From an uncultured Chloroflexia bacterium (GTDB lineage Bacteria > Chloroflexota > Limnocylindria > Limnocylindrales > CSP1-4), in contig CAVVJT010000004.1 of the NCBI GenBank assembly GCA_963748625.1, positions 765,352-829,351 of the forward strand: a DNA stretch of 64,000 nucleotides, given 5' to 3'. The first letter of the stretch is position 1. Each line of letters opens with the position of its first letter. This document shows positions 1 to 9,918 of this stretch, one piece after another. Made by a program: the position numbers and the translations under genes. The notes beneath the pieces were generated by a model that worked only from the letters and a program-made list of their open reading frames with translations, did no database searches and was not told the origin of the DNA.

Positions 1-610
1 CGGCATCTCGGTGCGCAAGGTCGGCCGGACCATGGATGAGCGGGCCATCCCCCTGATGGGCGTCATGGGCGCCTTCATCTTCGCCGCCCAGATGATCAAC
101 TTTCCCGTCGCCGGCGGCACCTCCGGGCACCTCCTGGGCGGCGTGCTCGCGGCTGTGCTGCTCGGGCCTTGGGCGGGCACGCTGGTGATGGCCTGCGTGA
201 TCGCGGTGCAGGGCCTCGTGTTCTCCGACGGTGGCCTGCTCGTGATGGGCGCCAACATCTTCAACATGGGCATCGTGGGCACCGTGGGCGGCTTCGCGAT
301 CTACCGGGCCCTGTGCGGCGTCCTCGGAGGCGAGGATCGCGGGCGCATTCCGGCATCGGCGGTCGCCGCTTGGCTGTCGGTGATGATCGCGGCCGCCTTC
401 ATCGCCGCAGAGCTCGCGGTCTCCGGCACAAGCCCGGCAGAGGTCGTGTTCCCGGCCATGCTCCTGGTCCACACGGCCATCGGCTTGGGCGAGGCCCTGA
501 TCACCGCCGCAACCCTCGCCTTCATCGGCAGGGTGCGCCCGGACCTGTTCAACCTGCGCCCCGATCGTGCCGGGCGTCCGTCCGGCACGACCGCCCCGGT
601 GCCGGCATGA
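1..610 (+). CDS. cbiM: ECF-type Ni/Co transporter S component (CbiM/NikM), 5'-truncated by the window edge
   Basis: Hydrophobic ORF with 'AFIFAAQMINFPVAGGTSGHLLGG' and 'DGGLLVMGANIFNMG', typical CbiM/NikM motifs; first gene of the M-N-Q-O operon. Confidence 0.9.
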   Translation, partial: GISVRKVGRTMDERAIPLMGVMGAFIFAAQMINFPVAGGTSGHLLGGVLAAVLLGPWAGTLVMACVIAVQGLVFSDGGLLVMGANIFNMGIVGTVGGFAIYRALCGVLGGEDRGRIPASAVAAWLSVMIAAAFIAAELAVSGTSPAEVVFPAMLLVHTAIGLGEALITAATLAFIGRVRPDLFNLRPDRAGRPSGTTAPVPA

Positions 611-1062
611 GCGGGAACGAGGGCCAGGTGGCGACGGCGGCCGCGGAGCCCGCGGTGGACCAGCCCGATGCCGGCACGGCGGTGGCCGCGGCCACCGACA
701 CGACCACGCCGGCGCCCGCGACCACCGACACGATCACGCCAACGCCCACTCCAACGACCACAGCAACGAAGCGCGCCGGCGGCCGCTGGTGGTGGGTCGG
801 CGGGATCGCGATCGCGGTGCTCGTGGTCGTCCTCCTCGCGCCGCTCGCATCGTCAGACCCTGACGGCCTCGAGCGTGTCGCAGAAGACCAGGGCTTCATC
901 GGCCAGGCGACCAACCTGATCGGCGGCCTGCTGGGCGATTACGCGCTCCCGGGCGTCGGCAACGAGGCCGTCTCGACGGTCCTGTCGGGCCTGCTGGGCA
1001 TCGCGATCGTGGTGGGGCTGCTGTTCCTCCTGGGGCGCCTCATGGCGCGCCGCCGCGCCTAG
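607..1062 (+). CDS. PDGLE-domain protein (NikN-like) with a Thr/Pro-rich N-terminal extension
   Basis: ATG at 607 overlaps the cbiM stop (ATGA); 'ASSDPDGLERVAEDQGF' between two TM helices. Confidence 0.85.
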   Translation: MSGNEGQVATAAAEPAVDQPDAGTAVAAATDTTTPAPATTDTITPTPTPTTTATKRAGGRWWWVGGIAIAVLVVVLLAPLASSDPDGLERVAEDQGFIGQATNLIGGLLGDYALPGVGNEAVSTVLSGLLGIAIVVGLLFLLGRLMARRRA

Positions 1063-1074
1063 GAGCGCCGGGCC

Positions 1075-1869
1075 CTGGAGCTTGACCGGTACGTCGAAGG
1101 CACGAGTCCCTTCCATCGGGCGGATGCGCGCGTCAAGTTCATCCTGACCCTGGTGGCCATCCTGGCCATCTCCCTGCTGCCGGATGCCTCCTGGGTCGCC
1201 CTGGCGATGGCCTGGCTCACCCTCGTCGCGTGCTCGGCCACGGCCGGCCTGGGCCCGTTCCGGCTCACCCGCGCCGGCGTCGTGGCGCTGCCATTCGCGA
1301 TCGCCGCCCTGCCCCTTGTGTTCACCGTGCAGCAGGACATCGTGGCCACCATCGACCTCGGCCCCCTGACACTGACCATCTCCGCGGAGGGTTTCCGTCG
1401 GTTCCTCTCGATCCTGATCGGCAGCTGGCTCTCGGTGCAAGTCGCGCTCCTGCTCGCCTTCACCACGCCGTTCCACGATCTCGTGGACGGCCTGCGGGAA
1501 CTGCGCGTGCCGCGAATCCTGATCGCGATCATCTCGTTCATGTACCGGTACCTCGCGGTGCTCTCCGACGAGGCCTCGCGCATGATGCGGGCCCGCGATG
1601 CGCGCTCCGCCATGCGCACGGGCTCCTCGGGTGGCACGCTCCGCTGGCGCGCCACCGTGGCCGGGCGCATGGTCGGCTCACTGTTCCTGCGCGCCTACGA
1701 GCGAAGCGAGCGCATCTACGCAGCGATGCAGGCGCGCGGCTTCGAGGGTGAGTTCCGCCACCTGCAGGCTCGCGCCCTCCGCCGCTCCGAGATCGCCTGG
1801 CTCTTCCTCCTCATCGCCCTCCTGGCCGCCTACGAGGTCATCGCGTTCATGTGGCTTCCCCACCAGTGA
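1075..1869 (+). CDS. cbiQ: ECF transporter T component (CbiQ/NikQ)
   Basis: 'SPFHRADARVK', 'ISFMYRYL', 'RAYERSERIYAAMQARGF'; the conserved N-terminus extends upstream of the tracked ORF to a CTG at 1075 preceded by AGGAG (start codon inferred). Confidence 0.88.
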   Translation: MELDRYVEGTSPFHRADARVKFILTLVAILAISLLPDASWVALAMAWLTLVACSATAGLGPFRLTRAGVVALPFAIAALPLVFTVQQDIVATIDLGPLTLTISAEGFRRFLSILIGSWLSVQVALLLAFTTPFHDLVDGLRELRVPRILIAIISFMYRYLAVLSDEASRMMRARDARSAMRTGSSGGTLRWRATVAGRMVGSLFLRAYERSERIYAAMQARGFEGEFRHLQARALRRSEIAWLFLLIALLAAYEVIAFMWLPHQ

Positions 1870-2699
1870 GCACGCAGCTCGACCAGCCCCACGTCCACGA
1901 GCACGTCCACGACGAGCTTGGCGCTCACGCCCACCCGCACGCGCACGACGAGCCCGCGGGTGCCGGGGGGAGCGCCGCCGACAACGCCCGCGGCACCGTC
2001 AGCCTGCGCCATGTCCACTACCGGTATCCGGACGGGTTCGAGGCGCTGCGGGGCGTTGACCTGCGGATCGAGGCGGGCGAGAAGGTCGCGCTGGTCGGGC
2101 CCAACGGCGCAGGCAAGAGCACCCTCATGCTCCAGCTCAACGGCACGCTCCGGCCGGAGTCGGGCGAGGTCCGGGTTGCCGGGGTGCTCGTCGAGAAGGC
2201 CTCGCTCAAGCGCGTGCGTGCGGAGGTGGGCCTGGTCTTTCAGGACCCGGACGACCAGCTCTTCAGCCCCACGGTCTTCGATGACGTGGCGTTCGGGCCG
2301 CTGCACATGGGCCTGTCCGGCGACGAGGTCCATCGCCGGGTGGAGGGCGCGCTGGCGGCCGTCGGGATGGCGGCCTTCGCACACCGGGTGCCCCACCGCA
2401 TGTCGCTCGGGCAGCGCAAGCGCGTTGCCGTGGCCACCGTGCTCTCCATGGACCCGTCGATTCTCGTGTTCGACGAGCCGTCGGCCGGCTTGGATCCGCG
2501 GGGCCGCCGCGAGTTGATCGGGCTGCTCCGGTCGCTCGACCAGACCATGCTGGTGTCGACGCATGACATGCGGCTGGTCGCTGAGGTCTTCCCGCGGACC
2601 GTGGTCGTCGATGACGGCCTCGTGGTGGCCGACGGGCCCACGGATGCCCTCCTGGCCGACACGGCCATGCTGGAGGCGCACGGGCTCGAGGCTCCCTGA
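1866..2699 (+). CDS. cbiO: ECF transporter ATPase (CbiO/NikO) with a His-rich N-terminus
   Basis: Walker A GPNGAGKST, 'FQDPDDQLF', 'MSLGQRKR', 'FDEP'; GTG overlaps the cbiQ stop (GTGA). Confidence 0.9.
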   Translation: MSTQLDQPHVHEHVHDELGAHAHPHAHDEPAGAGGSAADNARGTVSLRHVHYRYPDGFEALRGVDLRIEAGEKVALVGPNGAGKSTLMLQLNGTLRPESGEVRVAGVLVEKASLKRVRAEVGLVFQDPDDQLFSPTVFDDVAFGPLHMGLSGDEVHRRVEGALAAVGMAAFAHRVPHRMSLGQRKRVAVATVLSMDPSILVFDEPSAGLDPRGRRELIGLLRSLDQTMLVSTHDMRLVAEVFPRTVVVDDGLVVADGPTDALLADTAMLEAHGLEAP

Positions 2700-2750
2700 C
2701 CCCGGGACCGCCCGGGCTCATCGTGGGATCAGCCCGCGATCAGCCTGAGA

Positions 2751-3257
2751 TCAGCCCACGCGCGTGATCGACGGGAGGTCGAGCGCGTCGAGGTGGTCGG
2801 CACGGCGGAGGATGCGTGCGAACAGCGACGGCACGTACCAGCGCAGGAAGTAGAGCCGGCAGCCCACGCAGATCCCCGTGGCGGCGAGCAGCGTCTGCAG
2901 CGCGATGACGGCGCCGGTGAAGACCCAGCCGAGCGGCGCGGCGCCAAGCACGAACGCGAGCGAGGCTAGGGCGAGGGCGATGCCGCCGAGCGCCTGGGCG
3001 AAGCGCGGCGGGTACTCGTGCTCAGGCTCCGCAGGCGGGCCGAGCCTGAGAGCGCTGCGCACGGCGGGCCAGGCGCGTCCCGGCAGGAAGAACCGGGTGC
3101 CGAACGCGGCGGAGACGAGCAGGTTCAGGGCGACCAGCGCGACGAGCCACGGCAGGCCTAGGGCGAAGGCGAGGACGAGGGCCGCAGCCGAGACGCCGGC
3201 GCCGAAGCGCTGGCCACGGGGGTCGATGAGACGGGCGGGAGCAGGGGTGAGGGACAC
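2751..3257 (-). CDS. DUF4395-family membrane protein
   Basis: 'IDPRGQRFGAG', 'PPRFAQALG', 'GICVGCRLY'; GGAG RBS before the GTG at 3257. Confidence 0.8.
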   Translation of the reverse strand: MSLTPAPARLIDPRGQRFGAGVSAAALVLAFALGLPWLVALVALNLLVSAAFGTRFFLPGRAWPAVRSALRLGPPAEPEHEYPPRFAQALGGIALALASLAFVLGAAPLGWVFTGAVIALQTLLAATGICVGCRLYFLRWYVPSLFARILRRADHLDALDLPSITRVG

Positions 3258-3343
3258 AGGAACGGGCTCCGGGTCGGGCGGGACACAGCGGGGCGCGGGT
3301 GCGCACCCGGGACGACGGGGAGAGATGCGAGGCCCGGAGCGGG

Positions 3344-3454
3344 TCAGGCGGTGGGCGATCCTGCAGCGGACCACGCACGCTCGACCGACGCCGACGCTCG
3401 CCGACGACAGGAGCAAGAGTGGTCCATACAGCCCATGGGGGCGATCGCAATCAC
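3344..3454 (-). CDS. Candidate leaderless Cys-containing leader peptide (36 aa)
   Basis: TACGGT -10-like hexamer 6 nt before GTG; reads MIAIAPMGCMDHSCSCRRR...; lies directly upstream of DUF4395. Confidence 0.35.
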   Translation of the reverse strand: MIAIAPMGCMDHSCSCRRRASASVERAWSAAGSPTA

Positions 3455-3516
3455 GGGAGAACCGTACACGACGCTGGTTGCATCGTCAACGACCTAGCTC
3501 CGCCGGAGGGCGCCCG

Positions 3517-6500
3517 CTACCGGAGCGTCACCATCCCGTCGATGTCCACGCGCGGCCGACCGGCGGTCCCCACGACCACCAGCCTGACCTTGCGCGTCGC
3601 CGAGGTACCCCACGTCCTGGACCATACGATCACGCGATGCCGGACCGTCGAGCTGCGGGTGTCGACCGTGGTCACGTAGGCGCCGTTCACATACACCTTG
3701 ACCTTGCCCCGGCCGAGGCCGGTGGTGACCACCAGGCCGAGCGTCCTGCCGGTGACGGTCCACGTCGAGGATGCGCCGGCGCGCTTGCTCCACCGCGCTG
3801 AACCGCCCGAGTACGCAGCCCTGGATGCTGTCCTCCAGCCACTTGACCAGCGGATGCTGGATCGTGTCTGCTGCAACACCCGAGCGGTCAGCGTCGGCCC
3901 TTTGGCCCAGGCGCCCGCGACGCCATCGCCATCCACAGCACGCACGGCGTACCGCACCGTTCCCGACGAAGGCATCGTCACGATGTGCGAGGCGGCGGCG
4001 AGACCGGTGGCGACCGTCACGAACGCGCTGCTGTTGACGCTCCGGGCGAGCTCCCATGAGGCGATCCCCGGCCCATCGGCATCGGTGCCGCTCCAGGTGA
4101 GCCTGGCGGGGATCCCGGAGCCTGCGAGCCCCGCGCCGGTCCGCAGGGTAGCGACGGGCGCTTTGGCCACAGGCGGGACGGGGGGCGCCGCCCAGGGATC
4201 AACGGACAGGACGTTGCCGGCCACGTGATAGCCCCAGTTCGGGATGACCCCACCGACGACCAGCCGGTGCGGGTCAAGAGGTGCAGCCGCGGCGGCCATT
4301 GGGGTGGCGACCATCGCGAGGTCCACGCCGGGATCGACGGGTGGAGCGAGCGGCAGCGCAAGTGCGAAGACGCCCGTGCTGCCGTCCTGGCCCCAGGCCC
4401 AGTAATCGTTGCTGCGCAGCGGAGCCGTGGCCGCCGCGTTGACGTCGAGCGAGCCTCGGTCGAGGATCACCACGCCGCCACGGCCAATCGCCATCGCGAT
4501 CCCGGCGTCGGCGGTGGCGATGCCGTAGACGTGGTCCCCCCAGTAGTTGCTGAACCACGAGGTCGTCGAGGGGTCCGTGGGCCGCAGCAGTGCGCCGGTG
4601 TCGGCCGCGAAGACCACGAGGGACGAGCTGCACGTGATGTAGCCGCCGCCGCCCTCCCGGGCCGTGATCCAGCAGTACTCCCCGCCGGCAAGCACGCGAC
4701 CCTCGTCTGCAACGATCGCGTGGACCGCGAAGTCGCGGAGCCCGGAGCCCGGAGCCACCGGGATCACACCCAGCAGGTCCGGGTCCCACGCGTCGAGCGC
4801 GCCTGCCGCGTTGAGCCGGGCGAGGCCCCTGCGGGTCTTCCCGTCCACGGTGCCGAAGATTCCACCGATGTACAGCAGCCCCGCGGAGTCGAAGGCCAGG
4901 GCGGTCACCTGTGATGCCCGAGGCTCCCCGGACTACGCACCCCTGGTAGAACGGGAACTCGGGGATGGACGGGGCATCGAGGCACCCGAGGACCGGAGCG
5001 GGCAATGTCGCCCGCGCCCGACGACGGGCTGGCGTAGTGGCGAAGCGGTGCCGCATCGGTGCCCCCAGTGCCCCGCCAGTCGCCGCCGGCCCAGAACTCG
5101 CCGGAGACGGGATCGACCGCGATCGTCCTGACCGCGCCCGGCGGCGTCGCCTGCGGCGACCAGTCCAGCAGGTGGCCGTCCACGGGATCGAACGCCGCCA
5201 GGGATCGCACGTTCCAGTCCGCCCCGGGTGCTCTCGGGAAGAACACCTCGCCGCCGGCGAGGAGCCAGCCCTGGTCGAGCGCGAGGGCCATGACCTCGGG
5301 CTGCGGGTCTGCGACCACCGGGGAGACGAAGGCAGGGTCGGGGCTCATGCTCGTGGTCATCGCGACAATCCCGGGCGACGTGATCCCGCGCACGAACTGG
5401 AAGTCGCCGCCGAGCACCACGCCGGCGCTCGACACGGCCAGGGTCACCAGGGCCATGGACGCGTTCCCCGGGTCTGGATTCCAGGCGGCCACCTGGTCCC
5501 CAGTCCCAAGATCTATCGCCCGCGTGGTGCCGAGCAGGAGTGATCGGCCGCCCGGGGCGGTGTAGGGCACCGTTGGCAGGCCCTCCGAACCCTCGAGCGC
5601 GATCACGTCCGCCAGCTCGCCCGTGAGTCGCCCGTTCATGAGCTCGTAGCGGCAGAGCCGGCTGCCCCACGTGGCGCTGCCGTCTGACGAGTAGGACCAC
5701 TTGGACATCCAGGCGTGGATCGCTCCATCGAGCTCGAAGTACGGAGAGCCAGGGGCTGACCCGACGCACGTCGAGCCCGCACCGGCGAAGGAGCCGTCGG
5801 CGAGGTGCTCCTCCCCGGCATCGTTCCAGCGCTGCACGATCGTCCCCGTCGCGGCGTCGAACGCGACGAGCCGTGACGCGCCGAACGTGGTGGCGTCCAC
5901 GGGGTCCAGTGGGAAGGTGCCGGCCAGCAGCACCTTGCCCTCAAGGTAGGCAGCGCCGGTCGCCCAGCCGGTCCAGTTTCCTCCGCCGTAGACCTCGGAT
6001 CCCGCCGGCATCTCCGACTGCAGCGGCACCACCCATCGCCGGGTGCCTGGCCCCAGGTCATACGCAACAAGGAAGCTGCGGCTGTCCCGAGTTTCGATGG
6101 AGGTCGCCCCCACCCACGCGCGGTACACCACGAACAGCCGGTTGGCGGCCGGGTCGTATGCGGCGGCGAACACCGTTGCATAGCAGTACGGCAGCGCTGC
6201 GCAGTCGGCAACGACGGGCAACGGGCTCGTGACGCCGGGGAGTGACGTGGTGCAGGCACCCGTCGTCCGGTTGATCACGAAGAGGCCGGTCGTGTTGCCC
6301 GCGCTGGTCATGAAGCGGCCGATCAGGTGCTGCGGCGTGATCGTGTACCCCGCATCACCGCTGAATGTGCTCATCCGGGCGAAGACCGAGCAGGCGTCAG
6401 GGTCGCCGGTGATCTTCCAGCCGGCGTCCACCACCCAGCGGCTACCAGCAGGATCGAGGTGCATCCGCGTGACCGGCGAGGCGGGCACGGGGACGCCGTC

Positions 6501-7464
6501 GATCGCGGTCAGCTCCCCGATGATGAAGAAGCCCGGGTCCCCCGGCCGGTCGTCGGCCACCACCTGGCGCACGGTGCCCAGCACCTCGGGGCTCCCCGCC
6601 TGCAGCGAGCCATCCCCCGCATCGGGCGTCGAGACAACCGCGACCGGTCCGGTCCGCAGGCCGACCTTCGTGAAGCTGCCGCCAAGATACGTGCGGCCGG
6701 TGGTGGCATCGGTCACGATCGCGCGCACCGCACCGTTGACGGCGTACAGGCCCAGATCCACACCCCCGGGCGGCCGGATCGACTCGATGTGCACGGTGAC
6801 GCCACTGGCCGCCGCGTGGTAGGTGTCCCCCGCCTGCGATGCCGTGAGGGTGCAGGTCCCCGGGGTGTCGAGGGTGACGGAGGTGGTGCCGAGGGTGCAG
6901 ATGGCCGGCGTCATGACGGCCCAGGCGATCGGCAGCCCTGCGTCCGAGGAGGCGACGAGCGCCACGACGGAGCCCACATACGCCGAGGGCGCCATCTTCA
7001 CAGCGATGGACTGGCTGCCGACCACCGCGACGGACGCGGTCACATCCTCGGCCGCCACCCACGTCGCGTCGCCTGGCTGCGAGGCCGTGACCGAGCAGAG
7101 TCCCGCGACCTCGAGGACGAGGAGCGGCTCGCTGATGGAGCAGACGTCCGGCGTGCTCACGGCGAACGTCACCGGGAGCCCGGAGTCTGCCGTTGCCACG
7201 AGCTGGATCGAGTCGCCCACGCCACCACTGGACCGCCAGGTTGAACGTGATCACCTGTGGAGTGCCGGAGGCCGGCGCGGACGTCGGCTCAGGTGTGGGC
7301 TCGGTGGTGAGGACGACCCCAGGCGTTGGAGTTGGCCCCAATACGGGAGTCGGGTCAGGCGCAGAGGGTCCGGTCGCCCCCACCGGGGCTGGGGCCGCAG
7401 CACTGCTCACCACGACGAGCGCGGCGAGCAGTGTGGTGGTGATGCGGGCAGCCAGGCGAAGCAT
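3517..7464 (-). CDS. Large secreted surface protein (~1300 aa): signal peptide, P/T linker, two Ig-like repeats, beta-propeller repeats, FN3-like and C-terminal beta-sandwich; split by frameshifts near 7230, 5000 and 4915
   Basis: Signal peptide in ORF 6442..7491 (MLRLAARI..., GAGGA RBS); body in 4905..7220 ('DSGLPVTF...C.VTASQPGD' twice, 'YLGGSF'-type repeats); short bridge in the frame of 4274..5056; C-terminus in 3517..4908. Confidence 0.7.
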
Positions 7465-7642
7465 GCGTGTCCTCGTGCTGTGCAGGCTCAAGGAGGACGA
7501 CGGCGGTCCGACGGGCGGACCAGGGCGCGGCTGTCGTCGCGGATGCCACGCGGTCTCCCCCGCAGGGCTCCTCCAGCGTACGCCCGACCCGGGTCCAAGG
7601 CATGACCTGTTTCGGGGGGTCGACGCGGCCGTTGGTCCTCGG

Positions 7643-8629
7643 TCAACTGCTGGCCGAGCGCGACGGCGCCCGGTCCCAGCGGTGCGCCCGCAGCGCCGTC
7701 ATCAGCTCGTCGGGCAGCGGCCCGGCCTCGGCCGCCACGACGTTGTCGGCCAGGTGCTCGGGCCGCCGCATCCCGGGGATGACCGTCGTCACGTCCGGGC
7801 TCGAGAGGATGAACCGCAACGCCAGCTGCGCCATCGTCTGGCCCTCGGGGACCAGCGGCCGCAGCGCGTCAACCCGCGTCACCGTCTCGCCCAGGTTCGC
7901 CGGCGTGAAGTAGGTGTTCCGCCAGTCCCCGTCCGGCCATCGGCTGTCCAGGGTCAGTTCGCCGGTCAGGCTCCCCTCGTCCAGCGGCACCCGCGCGATC
8001 ACGGCGATGCCCAACTCCCGGCACAGCGGGAACAGCTCGTCCTCGGGCGACTGGTCGAAGATGTTGTAGACGACCTGCACCGCGTCAATGAGGCCCGTCC
8101 GGAGCGTCCGCAGCACGTTGGACGGCTCGCGGCGGTTGACGCTGATGCCCACGAACCGGGCCAGGCCCTCGCTCCGGAGCGCCTCCACGGCGCCCTGCCA
8201 GGTGACGTCGTCGGCCCACTCGTCCTGCCAGACGTGGAACTGGACCAGGCCGATGGGCGGCGCCCCCACTTTGCGCAACATGCCGGCCGCCGATCCGCGG
8301 ATGTGGTCGGGCGGGAAGACATCCTTGATCCGGCTGCCGGGCCGGGCAGGCCACTCTCGGTTCCTGGGCGGGATCTTGGAGGCGAGCAGCAGCTCACGGT
8401 TCGGGTTTGCGGCCCGAAGCTCGCCCATCAGGCCGTCGGTCGCCCCGTACCCGTAGACCTGGGCCGAGTCGAAGAAGGTGACGCCCGCATCCACGGCGGC
8501 CTGCAGCACGGCCATCGACGCGCCGTCGTCGGCGCCGGTCCATCCGCCGGTGCCCCCACCCATCCCCCACATGCCGACACCGAGCTCGCTGACGGTGAAG
8601 CCGGTTCGCCCGAAGGGTCGATGTCGCAT
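7643..8629 (-). CDS. Aldo/keto reductase
   Basis: 'RPFGRTGFTVSELGVGMWGMGG', 'FFDSAQVYGYG', 'VIPGMR'. Confidence 0.92.
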   Translation of the reverse strand: MRHRPFGRTGFTVSELGVGMWGMGGGTGGWTGADDGASMAVLQAAVDAGVTFFDSAQVYGYGATDGLMGELRAANPNRELLLASKIPPRNREWPARPGSRIKDVFPPDHIRGSAAGMLRKVGAPPIGLVQFHVWQDEWADDVTWQGAVEALRSEGLARFVGISVNRREPSNVLRTLRTGLIDAVQVVYNIFDQSPEDELFPLCRELGIAVIARVPLDEGSLTGELTLDSRWPDGDWRNTYFTPANLGETVTRVDALRPLVPEGQTMAQLALRFILSSPDVTTVIPGMRRPEHLADNVVAAEAGPLPDELMTALRAHRWDRAPSRSASS

Positions 8630-8672
8630 GGGGGCTCCTCACGGGCAGGGGTCCGCTGACGGCGGAGGGGGA

Positions 8673-8708
8673 TGGGGCGGGAGAAGGGGTCCGAACCAGG
8701 ACACGCAG
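8673..8708 (-). repeat. Degenerate copy of the tRNA-Gly 3' end (old att-like site)
   Basis: tggggcgggagaaggggtccgaaccaggacacgcag aligns by eye to 11165-11201 at about 31/37 positions with one gap. Confidence 0.7.
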
Positions 8709-8802
8709 TACATCACGATCCAGCAGGCGTCGGCGTCGACAGAACGGCGATCGAGGTGCTGCCTTGGAGGCCCACGACGGCGATTCCAGGCCGGCGATGC
8801 CC

Positions 8803-9642
8803 CTACCTGGACCCCCACAGCTCTCCACCCTCGACGCCCAGGGTCCAGGCCCCGCGGTCCGCAGCCCACTGCTGCGCGGCCTCGACAAGCTTGGGGTTCC
8901 CGGAGTTCAGGAAGCACTCGGCCATGTCCTGGTAGCCGTTCTTCTTGAATGCGGCCAGGAGGGCCTTCTCCGTCCCGGGCTGACCGATCCTGATGAGTGG
9001 CCCGTAGACCTCGATGGTCTTGAACGACTTGAGGAGCTTCAGGAGTGGAGCCGCGTCCGCTTGGTTGATCGCGACAAGGGCATCCGTGAACCCATTGTTC
9101 TGACACGCGGCGTAGGTCGACTCGGCCAGCACCAGGTTGTGTTCCACGCCCCCGATGCGGCCCAGGATGCCAGCGGCGGTGTCTGCACGCTCCGCACGTC
9201 CAGGTATCGCCTGGCTTGGCTGCCAGGTGGTGATCGACTCGACAAGGAAGGCGATCACCTCGGCGTTGGCGATCTTCTCGAGCGCTTCCCATGCGACGTC
9301 CGCAGCGCCTTGGTGGACATCTGGATCCGTCACGGCAGCCACGAGCACCGGGACTGCAGCGGGGTCGCCCTTGTCCCTGAGGGCCTCGGCCGCGGTCGTG
9401 CTGTAGGCGTCGCACGACCGTGCGCTCTTGGACTCGCAGTCCGTGGCCGCGGCCGGGTCGACCAGGATGGCACCGAGCTCGGCGACGGATCTGACTGACC
9501 AGTCGGGAGTGGGAGACGGCGACGGCTGGTTGGCGGTCCCCGAGCAGGTTGCGACCATGACCATCACGACGACGATCGCCACGAGCTCGGTCAACGCCCG
9601 CGGGACGCGCATCCCGCGGGTCGTGCCGGCCGTTCCCCACAT
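8803..9642 (-). CDS. Putative lipoprotein with HEAT-like helical repeats
   Basis: GGAGGG RBS before ATG 9642 (alternative start 9612); hydrophobic stretch ending 'MVATC'; 'AAEALRDKGDPAAVPVLVAAV', 'AAGILGRIGG'. Confidence 0.65.
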   Translation of the reverse strand: MWGTAGTTRGMRVPRALTELVAIVVVMVMVATCSGTANQPSPSPTPDWSVRSVAELGAILVDPAAATDCESKSARSCDAYSTTAAEALRDKGDPAAVPVLVAAVTDPDVHQGAADVAWEALEKIANAEVIAFLVESITTWQPSQAIPGRAERADTAAGILGRIGGVEHNLVLAESTYAACQNNGFTDALVAINQADAAPLLKLLKSFKTIEVYGPLIRIGQPGTEKALLAAFKKNGYQDMAECFLNSGNPKLVEAAQQWAADRGAWTLGVEGGELWGSR

Positions 9643-9871
9643 GGTCAGCCCTCCAGGACGCATCAGGTCGCGTGTCGGTCTCGCCAGTGGCTCGGCGCGG
9701 CTCGACGGCCGTGGGCTGGATCGCGCATCGATGCCACCCGCGGAACGAGAGGAACGTTGGGCGGCTCCTGCCCGCGCCACCAGAGCCGGTCGGTCACGGA
9801 ACGCGCCCCCAGACGGCCCCGTCGGGATGCCACGTATCAGGGCGCGTGACGTGCTGTGCACGAGCAGGGAT

Positions 9872-9918
9872 TGGAGCGGGAGACGGGGTTCGAACCCGCG
9901 ACATGCAGCTTGGAAGGC
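9872..9918 (-). repeat. Exact 47-bp copy of the tRNA-Gly 3' end (attR-like)
   Basis: tggagcgggagacggggttcgaacccgcgacatgcagcttggaaggc is identical to 11165-11211. Confidence 0.95.

Noticed and set aside
9872-9918. Second tRNA-Gly gene
   Set aside because: Only the 3' 47 nt are present; the 5' acceptor strand and D-arm are missing, so it is an att-like duplicate.
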